From Leidyana gryllorum EB-2025a (lineage: Eukaryota > Protista > Apicomplexa): a stretch of DNA of 64,000 bases. Below, in pieces: positions 25,289 through 36,085 of the stretch. Location: contig JBLWGC010000109.1 of assembly GCA_048772705.1 (NCBI GenBank), positions 62,001 through 126,000 on the forward strand, given 5' to 3'. Position numbers and translations under genes: made by a program. Every line of letters begins with the position of its first letter. The first letter of the stretch is position 1. A model generated the notes under the pieces. It ran no database searches and was not told the origin of the DNA. It worked only from the letters and a program-made list of their open reading frames with translations.

Positions 25289-25780
25289 ATGATGATGGTC
25301 GCGCCTTCGCAGCAGGATGTCTTGATAGTGAGGTACAAACCAGAGTACCGTGAAGCTTTTGAGGAGATCACAAGTGACTGGATCCGTGCAGCGGGGTTTG
25401 GACTAGAGCCCTGGGATGTGATTCTCTTTGCTGACCCTCAGAGCTATCTGATCGATCAGGGGGGAGACATTCTGTTCGCTCTTGACAGCGAAGGCCGAGT
25501 CCTGGGATGCGTCGGCATCGAAAAGTATACCAATGATCATTTTTCGCTTGTGAGGGTTGGTGTGCGCCCTTCCGAGAGAGGTCGAGGACTGGGAGTGAAA
25601 CTGTGCCAGGCAGCCATAGATCATTGCCGACAATTGGGTGCCAAGCGGGTGTCACTCACTACCCATACCACTCGAATGGCGACCGCCAAAAGAATTTATC
25701 TAAAGCTAGGTTTTCGCGAAGTCCCCCTGGTCCATGATGGATTACAGCGCATCAACTGTGAGATGGCCTTGATTCTCTGA
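25289..25780 (+). CDS. GNAT N-acetyltransferase, bacterial-like, intronless
   Basis: Motif A VGVRPSERGRGLG; AKRIYLKLGF; N-terminal AFEEITSDWI...FGLEPWD...DPQSYLIDQGGDILFA. Confidence 0.9.
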   Translation: MMMVAPSQQDVLIVRYKPEYREAFEEITSDWIRAAGFGLEPWDVILFADPQSYLIDQGGDILFALDSEGRVLGCVGIEKYTNDHFSLVRVGVRPSERGRGLGVKLCQAAIDHCRQLGAKRVSLTTHTTRMATAKRIYLKLGFREVPLVHDGLQRINCEMALIL

Positions 25781-26105
25781 AAGTATGAGGATCTGGCCGT
25801 GGATTGATTCGTCAACCTGATTGCATATTCGTTTTTATAGTAGAAAGTCATCAATATTTTTACACATATAAAGGCGAGATGTTATTGTTCAGACTATCAG
25901 ATAATGATGGATTGTGATGCGAACCATTCAATCTGTAGTAATTTGAGTGAGTGAATGAATAGTTGATGTGTCACAAGATTTGGGAATTTGAGCGGATTAA
26001 ACTCAACAACTAAAAAGCATTCAGATTTGCTGAATGTGTACAAGCAAAAGTCGGCAGATCTTCGTAGGATCGGGCGCGATAGTGTAGTTAGCTTGATTGA
26101 AGGAC

Positions 26106-27572
26106 TTAAGCCTTCTCCAAGACAATCTTCATGTCTTCTTGGCCTTCAGGAATGTTAATGATCACTTGGTTAGCAATATGTTGGCCACAAGGGGGAACAC
26201 AGGGAGGGGCACAGGGATCTTCAGTGGCCTCCGGGCACTCAGGCTCCGGGGCTGAACCGGTGGTGGTGGTACGGGCGGGTATGACGGTCGCGGCAGTCTT
26301 TGTAGGAAGGACCGCTTCCGTAGTCTTGGTGGGAAGTACAACCGGCGCTGTGGAAGTGGTTTGAGTTGGAATGACCACTGGTGCAGTCGTAGTGGTCTGG
26401 GTTGGCAAGATAATTGCCCATGTGGAAGTAGTGGGGGCGGTGGTAGTAGTGGCGGCAGGAGGACGCGTGATCGGGGCATCTGTTCCAACCGGAGCAAGCG
26501 TCTCTTCCACCACCAAAGTAGTGGTGACCGTAGTGGTGGTGGGTTCCTCGGTGGTCGTACTCGGCTCTGGAGTGGTAGTCGTAGTAGTAGTAGTAGTGGT
26601 GGTCGTCGTAGTGGTGGTAGTGGTCGTAGTGGTATCTTCAGTGGTCGTAGTGGGTTCCTCAGTAGTGGTGGTCGTTGTTGTTGTGGTGGTTGTCGTTGTC
26701 TCCTCGGTAGTTGTAGTAGGCGGTTCGGTGGTAGTCATACACGCGAAGGTGGAGATGTCCCTCATCAATTCAACCAATACGTGTGAGAAGTCCACCGAGT
26801 CATCTTCAATGTCCTGCACGAACCAAGAGGGCTGTCCGAGCAGGTGGTCGTTGAACCATTGCCAGGCTGCTTTGATAGTCTGATCGCCATTGTGAGGTTT
26901 GATCAGAAAGATGACTGCGATTTGTTGCTCGTCAATCGCGTCTTTGACTTGTTGGAAGGTGGGGTAATCGTAGGCGGCGCAAAAGTCGTCGAATCTATCC
27001 TGCCAGATTCCACCCGGGTTGGTGGGAAGCTGGGGGACCTGATCCGGGTATGCCTTCATGTCACCAGCCACGTGCGGTTTGGCGTCTGTGACCAGAATAA
27101 CCATTCTGGCCGCAGTCTTTGTAATGTCAACAGCTGGCTGATCAGAGAACTCTCTCCAGCCGACTCGGCTATCGTATGCAACATTGATCAAGGCTTGGTA
27201 TTGAGCCTCGGGGTAATCGCCACCCGCAGAGGCGTAAAGTTGAGCGTACGCTTTGGTGAGATCTTCGACGTCGTATGATAAAGTGTTCACCAGACGATAA
27301 CAGTAGTCGTGATCGGGATATCCGAGTGGGTAGAAAGGTTTGTCCTTGAATTCTGCAACAGCGAATTTACTCCCCACGAACATTTCTTCGATCTGCTCAA
27401 AGATCACGGGAGCTTGACCAGTGACGATCGGCAGATCGTTCGTGAATGTTTGAGTTGTATCTTGAAGGAATACAACATCAATGCCCTGTGTACACGAAGC
27501 ACCTACAGCGCGGTGCCAGCGCTGTGCCACAGCAGTACCAAAAAGAGATCCAATAAGACAGAGGGACTTCAT
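26106..27572 (-). CDS. Secreted vWA (integrin-beta I-like) domain protein with Thr-rich mucin tail
   Basis: Signal peptide; DVVFLQDTTQTF (MIDAS-like), FAVAEFKDKP, GGDYPEAQYQAL, VGWRE, ILVTDAKPH, DYPT; long poly-Thr stalk. Confidence 0.9.
   Translation of the reverse strand: MKSLCLIGSLFGTAVAQRWHRAVGASCTQGIDVVFLQDTTQTFTNDLPIVTGQAPVIFEQIEEMFVGSKFAVAEFKDKPFYPLGYPDHDYCYRLVNTLSYDVEDLTKAYAQLYASAGGDYPEAQYQALINVAYDSRVGWREFSDQPAVDITKTAARMVILVTDAKPHVAGDMKAYPDQVPQLPTNPGGIWQDRFDDFCAAYDYPTFQQVKDAIDEQQIAVIFLIKPHNGDQTIKAAWQWFNDHLLGQPSWFVQDIEDDSVDFSHVLVELMRDISTFACMTTTEPPTTTTEETTTTTTTTTTTTTEEPTTTTEDTTTTTTTTTTTTTTTTTTTTTPEPSTTTEEPTTTTVTTTLVVEETLAPVGTDAPITRPPAATTTTAPTTSTWAIILPTQTTTTAPVVIPTQTTSTAPVVLPTKTTEAVLPTKTAATVIPARTTTTGSAPEPECPEATEDPCAPPCVPPCGQHIANQVIINIPEGQEDMKIVLEKA
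26515..26737 (-). repeat. Thr-rich coding repeat (TTTEEPTTT)
   Basis: Degenerate (gta/gtg/gtc)n trinucleotide tract on the + strand. Confidence 0.9.
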
Positions 27573-27871
27573 TTTCAATCAAAGGTTGTCAATAGGGCAA
27601 CACCAATAAAGTTGAGGGATTAGAGAGTAGAAGAAGTGAATCCAGAAGCGAAAAGGATATGCTTTCCTATCCACATAGTGCAGCAAAGCCACTGTGTGCC
27701 GCACACCCGATGGGACGGGAGAAGCTTGAAGTGTCCCGTCTCCCCGTCTCCGTGACCCGACTCCCGTCTCCGTTTCCCTCAGCCGCAGGTCGGGCTTATT
27801 TTGAGCAAAGGGACTTGCTTTGCCCAGGCAACACTTTTGACGTATAAAAAGGGGTGTCAAAGGATCGCTGT

Positions 27872-28543
27872 CTAGATGATGTCCCAATAGCGCTCGGCGA
27901 ACCGTGGGCTGGTAAATACGGCAGGTTGCACAGAGAATTCATCGGGTGGCAGCTCCAAGGTTGAGCCACCACACAAACCTTTAGCTTGGGAGTCTACCAA
28001 TAGTCCCTCTTTCAACTTGAGTTTGCTGATGTGACCATCTGCTGATTGATATATACCATGTCCGTGCGGCTTATCGTTCAGCCATTCCCCTTCGTAGTAT
28101 CGCTTTTCTGCGAGCGGAAAGAACTCGAATCGACCCTTCCCTGATCGATGACCATCTTTCCATTCCCCCTCATAGACTCCGTCATGGTTTTCAAACCGCC
28201 CGTGGCCGTGTGGTTTGTCGTTATACCACATACCTTCGTACACAAGTTGACGTTCCGGTCCATCCTGATCATATAGGAGTCCGGAACCAGCTCGGTTGCC
28301 GTCTGACATCATTCCAACATACAGTTGACCATTAGGTAAGATGTATCTGAGGCAGGGACCGTTTGGTTTGCCTTCTTTGAATTCGCCTACAAAGACTTCG
28401 AGCGCGTCGCCATCGCCATACTTTTCGAGTATCAGTCCGTGTCCGTTGCGCTTGCCAAAGGAGTCTAGCGCCCCTTCGTACGCGTACCGAGCGGGATCAG
28501 CTTTGGGAGTGGAACATGAGCGCACCACACTATGAAGGTTCAT
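27872..28543 (-). CDS. MORN-repeat protein
   Basis: YEGMWYNDKPHGHG, YEGEWKDGHRSGKG, YEGEWLNDKPHGHG. Confidence 0.92.
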   Translation of the reverse strand: MNLHSVVRSCSTPKADPARYAYEGALDSFGKRNGHGLILEKYGDGDALEVFVGEFKEGKPNGPCLRYILPNGQLYVGMMSDGNRAGSGLLYDQDGPERQLVYEGMWYNDKPHGHGRFENHDGVYEGEWKDGHRSGKGRFEFFPLAEKRYYEGEWLNDKPHGHGIYQSADGHISKLKLKEGLLVDSQAKGLCGGSTLELPPDEFSVQPAVFTSPRFAERYWDII

Positions 28544-28566
28544 GTGTCAAAAAATATATTGTTTGA

Positions 28567-29708
28567 TCAAGGATTCCATTCAAAAGGGAGGAATCTAGAG
28601 CAAATGAAGTGTTGCATTACAGGGAACTTGGACAGTACTTCCCCCTCATACATCTTGACAAACCCTGAGGCCACTCGGCGCCTAACTCAGTATCTGTGAT
28701 ACAAACACAACTGGTCTGTTGTCTGCCTTACCATTCCGGGACATTGGCGATATCGCAAATGATCGGAGATGTGACAGCGAGGGCGGCCTTTTTGTTCTGA
28801 TGAGGAGGAGAAGAAGAAGATTACGACCTCTCTCTCCGCGTCGCTCGAAGGCAAAAGTCGAGCCTCACCTGAATGACAAAGTTCACGGCTTGGAAGTAGA
28901 GATACATATCAGCATACTTGGCCACCACCTCGGGTTTGATAGAATCAGCAGGGGTGAACTCGGTGTCTTTCAACTGATACCCACCCCACAAAAAGGGCAG
29001 AAACTGGTAATCGTCAATCCCCCATACGCCACGGGACCCCGCCGGTTCCAGTCGGTATGTCGTCTGCAGTCGCCGAGTGATTTTCAGATACCTGGGAGTG
29101 AATATCATATCAATATATATTGACAGTAACACAGCAATACCACTCACTCGGGGAAGAGATACAAAACCACGTCCTCACTGTCCCTCGGTATGAGGCAATA
29201 CCCACCCTCGGCGAGACAGAAGAGAAAACACGCAAAGTTCAGTTCATGCCCGCTCCCATAGTCGATTCTGGTTGCATTCCCGAACGCATTGTCAATGTAC
29301 GGCTTCACTTCCCTCACAAAGACATCCCTTTCAATGTACGGCGGCCTGTCCTCCGTTGCGGGAAGAGCTCTGGTGAGCAGACCTTCGGAGACGCGCACCA
29401 GCTCCGCGTGCCAGTCTCGGAAGGCTGGATTCCCAAACCGAGCGTCTTGACCCTCCAAGGGAGGGTGAGCATCTATGAGGCGGCCAAGTTCATCGAACAG
29501 ACAGGTCTTGAGGGATTTGCACAGTGGCGACCGAGGTTCAGTGACAATCGGGCGCTTAGCGATGGACTACACAGGAGGCGTCTTAGGCAGTTTTCTCTGT
29601 TTCTCTGTTCCTCACCTGGCCAGCGTGGACGATGAAGTTGAGCAGCCTTTTGTAGGTTTCGGAGTCACGGAAAGCCTGAAGAGCTGCCGGCGAAGGGATG
29701 TGTTTCAT
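28567..29708 (-). CDS. PTPA: PP2A phosphatase activator PTPA (Rrd1/2), multi-exon
   Basis: MKHIPSPAALQAFRDSETY..., ARFGNPAFRDW, FGNATRIDYGSGHELNF, YRLEPAGSRGVWGIDDYQFLPFLWG, KMYEGEVLSKFPVMQHF. Confidence 0.95.
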
Positions 29709-29717
29709 TTTTATGTT

Positions 29718-30317
29718 ATGAGTGAGGATTTCGAATACGTTGGAGAAGTGGTGAATGGCCAGCGGGAAGGTCGAGGACGCATTATTCGGAGCAAAGATGG
29801 GATGGAGATATTCGTTGGCGAGTTCCAGAGGGATCTCCCTTCTGGGCTATGTGAGCTGTGGGTCCTGCCTGACGAGTCTGGAACCTATGTGGGTCAAATG
29901 CGGGCTGGCTGCCGGCATGGGCTGGGTACTCTATTCGAGGGTGGCAAAGTGGTTTATGAAGGCTTTTGGTACAACGACCTGCCTGATCTACGGGGTACAT
30001 ACAACGCTGTAGACGGGCAGTTTGAAGGGGAGTGGCGTGCAGGATGCCGGCATGGAAAGGGTGTGTTCATCTTTTTGGACCAACCGGCACCCAATGGCCA
30101 AAAGCGACTGTACGAGGGCGATTGGCACCATGATTCGCCCCACGGCGTGGGGCGGTACAGGTGCGATCGCGGCTCAGATAGAACGTACACTTTCGTGTGG
30201 GGTGAGATCGTGTGGCAATCTGTATTAGCTTACAAGCGAAAGTGTCGTGGATCGCATCCTGAAGTGGGGATCCCTCCAAGAGTTTGTCGGTCGAAAGTGG
30301 CACAGATGTCGGAGTGA
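29718..30317 (+). CDS. MORN-repeat protein (paralogue of 27872-28543)
   Basis: MSEDFEYVGEVVNGQREGRG; YEGFWYND, FEGEWRAGCRHGKG, YEGDWHHDSPHGVG. Confidence 0.88.
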   Translation: MSEDFEYVGEVVNGQREGRGRIIRSKDGMEIFVGEFQRDLPSGLCELWVLPDESGTYVGQMRAGCRHGLGTLFEGGKVVYEGFWYNDLPDLRGTYNAVDGQFEGEWRAGCRHGKGVFIFLDQPAPNGQKRLYEGDWHHDSPHGVGRYRCDRGSDRTYTFVWGEIVWQSVLAYKRKCRGSHPEVGIPPRVCRSKVAQMSE

Positions 30318-30382
30318 CAATAAATAGTGCAGCACACATCTATTAAGTGATTGAATCTTTTTCGTTTTGAGCGGTGAGCATC

Positions 30383-31929
30383 ATGACTGGTGTGGGAGTG
30401 GGGATGGACGACGCGTCAATGAGTACCTCCGCACCATCTTTGACTGAGGACCGGCTGGAGGCTCAGGGCAGCTCCTCCATCATTTCTCGCTCATCATGGC
30501 GCCGCTTCGTATTTCAAGTTATGTATCTTCAGTCCAAGTTTCTCAGTCCCCAGGCCTTCCGGAACGCGTTCACTGGCTCTGAAGGAGTGGCGAATGTCTA
30601 CTTGGTGGTTTGGTTCGTTCTGAACATTGTGATAACCCTTCTTTCGAAGGCAATGTTCACGAACTTCCACTTCCCATATCCCATGATGCTGACCGCAGTT
30701 CACTTGGGAGTGACATGGCTCGGATCGCAGGGCGCATCATCCCTCAGACTCTTCAATACGGCCACTATCACGCCAGCCCAGCTCCGCGGCCTCGTGGTCT
30801 TCTCCCTAGTCTTCACGATTAACATTTGGTTGTCGAACTACGCACTGATGGTCGTTTCCGTCTCTGTTCATCAGGTCTTCCGGACGACCATCCCACTCTT
30901 CACTATGCTCCTCTCCCTTGTCCTCTACAAGGAGATATACCCCTTACGGATGCTTCCGTCGGTTCTTCTCGTGAGTGTCTGTCTAACTACTATCTGTCCA
31001 TCTGCTGCCCCCTTCCAGGTGATTGTCGGTGTGTGTGCCACTGTCTGGGGAGATCTGGGTATGACCATTTGGGGTGGTATTGTGGTGGCTCTCGGTTGCG
31101 CGTTCTCCTCGCTGAAGGGTCTAATGTCGCAGAAGGTGAGACACTTCGTCTATTCACTGTTCGCCCGCCAATTCACTGTTCGTCTCGTTACTATAGGCTC
31201 AAATTGGAGCTCAAGGCCTCGAGACTTTTGATTTGTTGCGTGCAGTATGTCCGATGGCGGTGGTGGAACTGCTCATTTGCGGCTGCATCAATGGTGAAGT
31301 TGGAAAACTGCTTCACGATAAGGAATTCACATGGACGACCGGGTGGAACCTGTTTTTGCAAGGAGTGTTGGCGTTCTCCCTCAACTTTGTGTCGTTCAAG
31401 TAAGTTACGACCCCGTCAGCTGTCCCCCCACTCGTGTGCCCACTCTGTAGGTGTGCCGCCCTCAAGAATCCGCTCACGATGAACATCGCGGGAAATGTGA
31501 AGCAAGTGATCACTCCGTTGGTCGCTATCTGGCTGGGTTTGGGAGGCTCAATCACCGCCGCCCTCATCTCAGGTGAGCCTCCAATTTGTTGCTTCAAACA
31601 CTCGAGCGCGCTCCGCTCCCGTTTTAGGTTTAGTGCTGACTTTTATTGGCGCCATCTGGTATGGTAACGAGGCGTCTCTGCGCAAACAAGCTCTGGCAAA
31701 AGCTTCGACCAAAGCGGCCAACATGGTGGTCGACGAGGAGCAACCAAAGGACACTGTCCAGATGGTGATGGCTGACGGAAATGCGAATGGTACATCTTGT
31801 GCTCTAATTCAGAACCCGCCGACCACTTCTGTCTCTGTCGGCGAGATACTCGACCGTCGGATCGAAATGAGCGGACGCAGTATTGCACCCAAGACTATCG
31901 CCCCCCCGGGACTTGCCGTTGAGCCTTGA
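30383..31929 (+). CDS. Triose-phosphate/nucleotide-sugar transporter family (SLC35E/TPT), multi-exon
   Basis: WFVLNIVITLLSK..F.FPYPMMLTAVH, NIWLSNYAL, HQVFRTTIPLFT, LAFSLNFVSF, PLTMNIAGNVKQV. Confidence 0.9.
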
Positions 31930-32189
31930 GAGACAAGTTTGATTAGCAGATAACTGACTGACTGACTGATGATGATTGATGAATTGGTGCTGCTGCCGCC
32001 GCCGCCGAGCGAGAGAAAGACAGACAGACAGCAGTTCCTCCTCCTGTCTATTCCCAAGTAGTTGATATGCGGCGATTGTGTAGTGTTTCTTGTTGGGTGG
32101 AGGACCGATCGATTGTTTTGCAGCCCCCAATGTTGCGCGCAAACATCCATCCATCCCTCCAGTGAATAGGTCAACACAAAACTGGAGTA

Positions 32190-32682
32190 TCAGACATTCT
32201 GAAACAAGGCTAGTAACTCCTTGGCAGTTGCCTCCTCCATATTCGTTGGGCTGGGATGCTTGATTAAGCCGTCTCCCTTGTTGCGGGGAATAACGTGAAA
32301 ATGAATGTGCGGCACAATTTGACCAGAAGCGGGCCCATTGTTCAGAATTACGTTGGTGCTCTCGGCCCCAACCGCCTTTTTCACCCGCTGAGACAAATCC
32401 CCCAAATCCTTCATCACCCCCGCCAACACTTCGGGACCCTCTTTGCAGAGGTCTTCGAGGTGCTGAACCGGATACTTGGGGATTAAGAGAGAATGGCCTC
32501 TCGTACATGGAAAGGCGTCAAGGACAGCCAGGCAGTGCTCAGTCTCGAATATGGCATTGGCGGGAAGCTGATGTAATGATCCGGTTGGATTAGAGAATTG
32601 ATGGCGGCGGCGTTCAGTAGACAAAGTGTATTACCTCTTTTCTCAGGATTCTGGCGAAGACGTTGGACTGGTCGTAGGACAT
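32190..32682 (-). CDS. HINT: HIT (histidine triad) family protein, HINT-like, 2 exons
   Basis: MSYDQSNVFARILRKE|LPANAIFE...DAFPCTRGHSLLIPK...NNGPASGQIVPHIHFHVIPR. Confidence 0.95.
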
Positions 32683-33399
32683 GGCGCTCGCTACTTTTTT
32701 CGTTTTCCAGCGTCAGCTGTGAGGGCGCTGTGTGCAAAGAATCTTCCCTCAGTCGCCCATTAGGCTTCAAAGCTTCTCATCCTTCAAAATCGCCAACACT
32801 TTTTACTGCGAACTGACTCAAATGCATCACTTCTGTACTCACAGCAATGACTGGGCCCACACCGAAGATGCCCACTGGATGTTGGTGAGCCCGTGTGTTT
32901 GTTTGCGTGCGTGTGTTCGAAAATGGTGTGGCAGCTGTACTCGTACGCGGCACAGATCTCGAAACTGCGGTCGCCTGCGGAGCGGGAAAGTATCAAGAAG
33001 TTCTTCACCTTGTATCCTCGACAGGATATTCTAATGGGCGTAGTGATTGACGTTGAATCGACTCGCACCGCCCTGCTCTCTCTGCAACTCGCTGAGAACC
33101 GCCGCCGACGAAGTCTGCGATCGCCTCCTAACCTGGAAACGTAAGAAGAGATAGACTGCTATACACATATATATTTTATTCGGCTCGCCAGCTGGGAGAG
33201 CATGCGCCACCGGTGGTGTGGAGACTCCCCAAGCGCTGACGAGGTTCTACACACAGAATCCGTGCGTTCAAAAACGCATCCGGTGTCTTGCGCTGGGAAG
33301 GATACAGCGAGTGCGGCCAGTGCATCCACCGACAGCTCACTCGAACCCGATGGCATGGGCCTCAGATGTGGCGAAGCACCAACTGCCACGGTATGCTAA
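32681..33399 (+). CDS. Hypothetical 4-exon protein
   Basis: Three GT-AG introns join a short first exon (ATG 32681) and ORFs 32732-, 32893- and 33202- in consistent phase. Confidence 0.5.
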
Positions 33400-35761
33400 A
33401 AATCAGCGGAGTGAGGTTGATGACTATCTCGCTGGGCGATCGAAGCCATGAAGATCTGTCGAAATTGGGCCTGATCAAACGCTTCGTTCGACTCTGTTGA
33501 GACCGGAAATATGTATTTGTCACCGGATCATTTATTCGTGTTCTGTTACTCACCGAGATCGCTTCGGGGTCAGATGCCAAAATGTGCACAACCCCATTAT
33601 CAAAGAACTCCTGGAGTTTCGATCTCTGGGGGGAGAGTTTTGTGAGACAAAGGAAGTGACATGTTGCTCCCACCTGAGACGAGTTGCAGTATCCAAACTT
33701 CGGCTCGAGAAGCAACACGGACCCAAGTTTATCCAACTGGGCCATGAGCTCCGGCCGCTGCACGGCTCGGGTAACAGCGTCACCCACACATATTATATTG
33801 AACCGCCCTGGGAAGTTTGGGAGAATACCCGACGTCTCGGGCACTAACACTGGTCCCGGATATTCGTACTCCTTGATGCTTTGTGCCAACACAATGGTCT
33901 GATGAAAAGCGTCAGTCAGTACACGAGTGCGGGAACCGCCGAACCTCTTAACACTTGCCTGCGTACCTGATAAGGGAGCATGGAGCTGCCGCCAAGTACG
34001 ACGAGCGGAGGATTGTCAGAAGAGAACTGGACGGCTTTATAGGGGTCGCAATAATGCGACACCTCGCCGCCGACTCTGTCGCCTGATCCAAATGCGCAAA
34101 GACGAACAACGGCGCAGGCGACATAGCTCGAGCCTCGAAGCACTTGAACGTCTCGACGCTCTCTGATGTCGAGTACTTCCGCCCCAATCCGGGTCTTTAG
34201 ATCCGTTATCAAAAATTCCTCTGCGCAGAAATTGAGCAGCAGGAATATCTTCCATCACATTCTCAACATCATGTGAATTAGCTATACAGCAACCACTCCC
34301 ACACATCAACAAGTGCATATCTACGTAATCACCCATAAGACCACCACACAACTCACTCTTGCTGATACGACAAGCTATCCCTCTTACACAGCCCTCGTGG
34401 CGGAGTGTGAACTTAATGTGCTTCGTAGCTTGGATCGCTTTTGTCGGAAGCCCCTTGTTATCAAACATTTCAAGATCGGCCCTTCGCTCGAGTCGTCTGG
34501 CGGTATGCAACGCCCAATCGGCAAGTCTGCGCTTGAATCCGGTTGGATTCGTTCCAGAAGTCAGTTTGGAGGCCAATGCGGCTTTCAAGTTATACATCCA
34601 GCTGCGGTACAACGGAATCACAGCAACTTGAAGTGCCCCTTTTTGCATGCCTGTTTGGGTCGGCCGAGCTCTCACGGTAGCTAGGCCAGGGAACCGGAAG
34701 TTATCCAAGTGTTTATCGCTCCTGGGTGGCCTCGCAAACAACAAATACTTAGTCAGACCACTCATCACATGGTATACGACCACGGGCACCAGCATCCAGG
34801 CGTAGATCAGCATACCCGCAATCTCGACAAGACTCATCCGGGCTTTCAATTGAACCAAAAACTTGAGAATAGGGGAGAGTATGGGGCGCACGATGCGGCT
34901 CAACGCATTGGGGGCAGCGGTCGTTGTCCCTGTGGAGGCTTCGAGTTTCTCCGCAAGGTGGTCCAGCCAGGACCCTGCCACCACACCAGGACCTGATGAT
35001 GGAAGCCAGCCTTGCACACCCGAACTGAGATGTCTCGACCCAAAATCAATCAGTTCTTTCCCCCACTGGTAGCCACGCTGCCCAAAGGCCTCCGCGGCCC
35101 ATTTCGTGTCCCCCACCGCTTGACCGATAGAGACATTGAAGGGACTGTGACCTCCCAGGAGGGAGGTGGTCAGCCCCCACAGCCACATCATGGTATCCAA
35201 CACACCACTGAGCAGAGCTACCAACAGCAGCAAGATTACCCCCATACGAATCGTCACTCGGAAGGACTTTCCCCAACCGTGAGCTCCAAAGTAGGCGAGT
35301 AAAAGCGTGCTCACGGCCGCGACTCCTTGCACAACACTATCCCTCCAGGAGGCTGTGTAGATCTCATGTATGCGCCGTCGTTGTCTATTGGCGTCTCTGG
35401 GTTGCGTGATATCACACGACATAACCCACACTCCATACAGACAGGCCACATGGACCCATGTCCACATAGACCAAAAGTATTTGCTGATAAAGGCAGGCAT
35501 TCTTTGTAGCCAGGGTTGTCCCAGCTCGTTGTAGTTCAAGAAAGTCTCGGTCGTCCTCCGACACCCCCGATATAGTCTGTGAACCAACTCACTGACTTCC
35601 TTGGCCTCCTTCTTGTCTATTCGCCCCAACCCTGTACCATCCAGTAGTCGGATGCTGTAGACGTCAGACCATTCATCTTCTGCTATGGCTTGGGAGACGT
35701 CGAACTTCATGAACCAAAAATTAGCCAATAGTGCTAGGACGACAAAGGCGTGAGTGGGCAC
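33362..35761 (-). CDS. Multi-TM protein with a possible divergent C-terminal FNR-like NAD-binding region, multi-exon; 5' end uncertain
   Basis: 574-aa ORF with several hydrophobic helices. Splices via short introns to VVLGGSSMLPYQ|TIVLAQ... and three further exons. Confidence 0.5.
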
Positions 35762-36085
35762 ACAGAATGCCGTCCCGGCCTAATCTAGCTGTCTTCAGGC
35801 GCCGGGGGGAGTGGCAGGTCGAATATATCAATGTCTCACCTCGTCCGCCCCCTACCCAACCGGTACCTAATCCCCCCCCAAATGCTTCAAGCGGCGCCCC
35901 CCCCAATCCATCGCCCTTCATTGCATACTTCGACCGAGTGATTCGATGCGTGAGAGGTGCGCAGCCGGTAGGTAACTGGCCATTATTGATGTACCCAGCA
36001 ACGACAAAAATAGCCTCAGCAAACGTCGAATGTACATGCGGGCACCCCTTCTCCAGGCGGCAGCGGTGAAGATGAGGTACTTAGC

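Noticed and set aside
25781-26105. AT-rich stretch with TGATG/CTGA words and a small hairpin as possible snoRNAs
   Set aside because: No properly spaced C/D pair with a stem; consistent with convergent 3'UTRs.
26371-26883. Poly-Val ORF
   Set aside because: Antisense shadow of the poly-Thr mucin stalk.
29475-29717. N-terminal extension of the MORN ORF in the ORF track
   Set aside because: It is the antisense of PTPA exons 1-2 and their intron; MORN similarity begins at ATG 29718.
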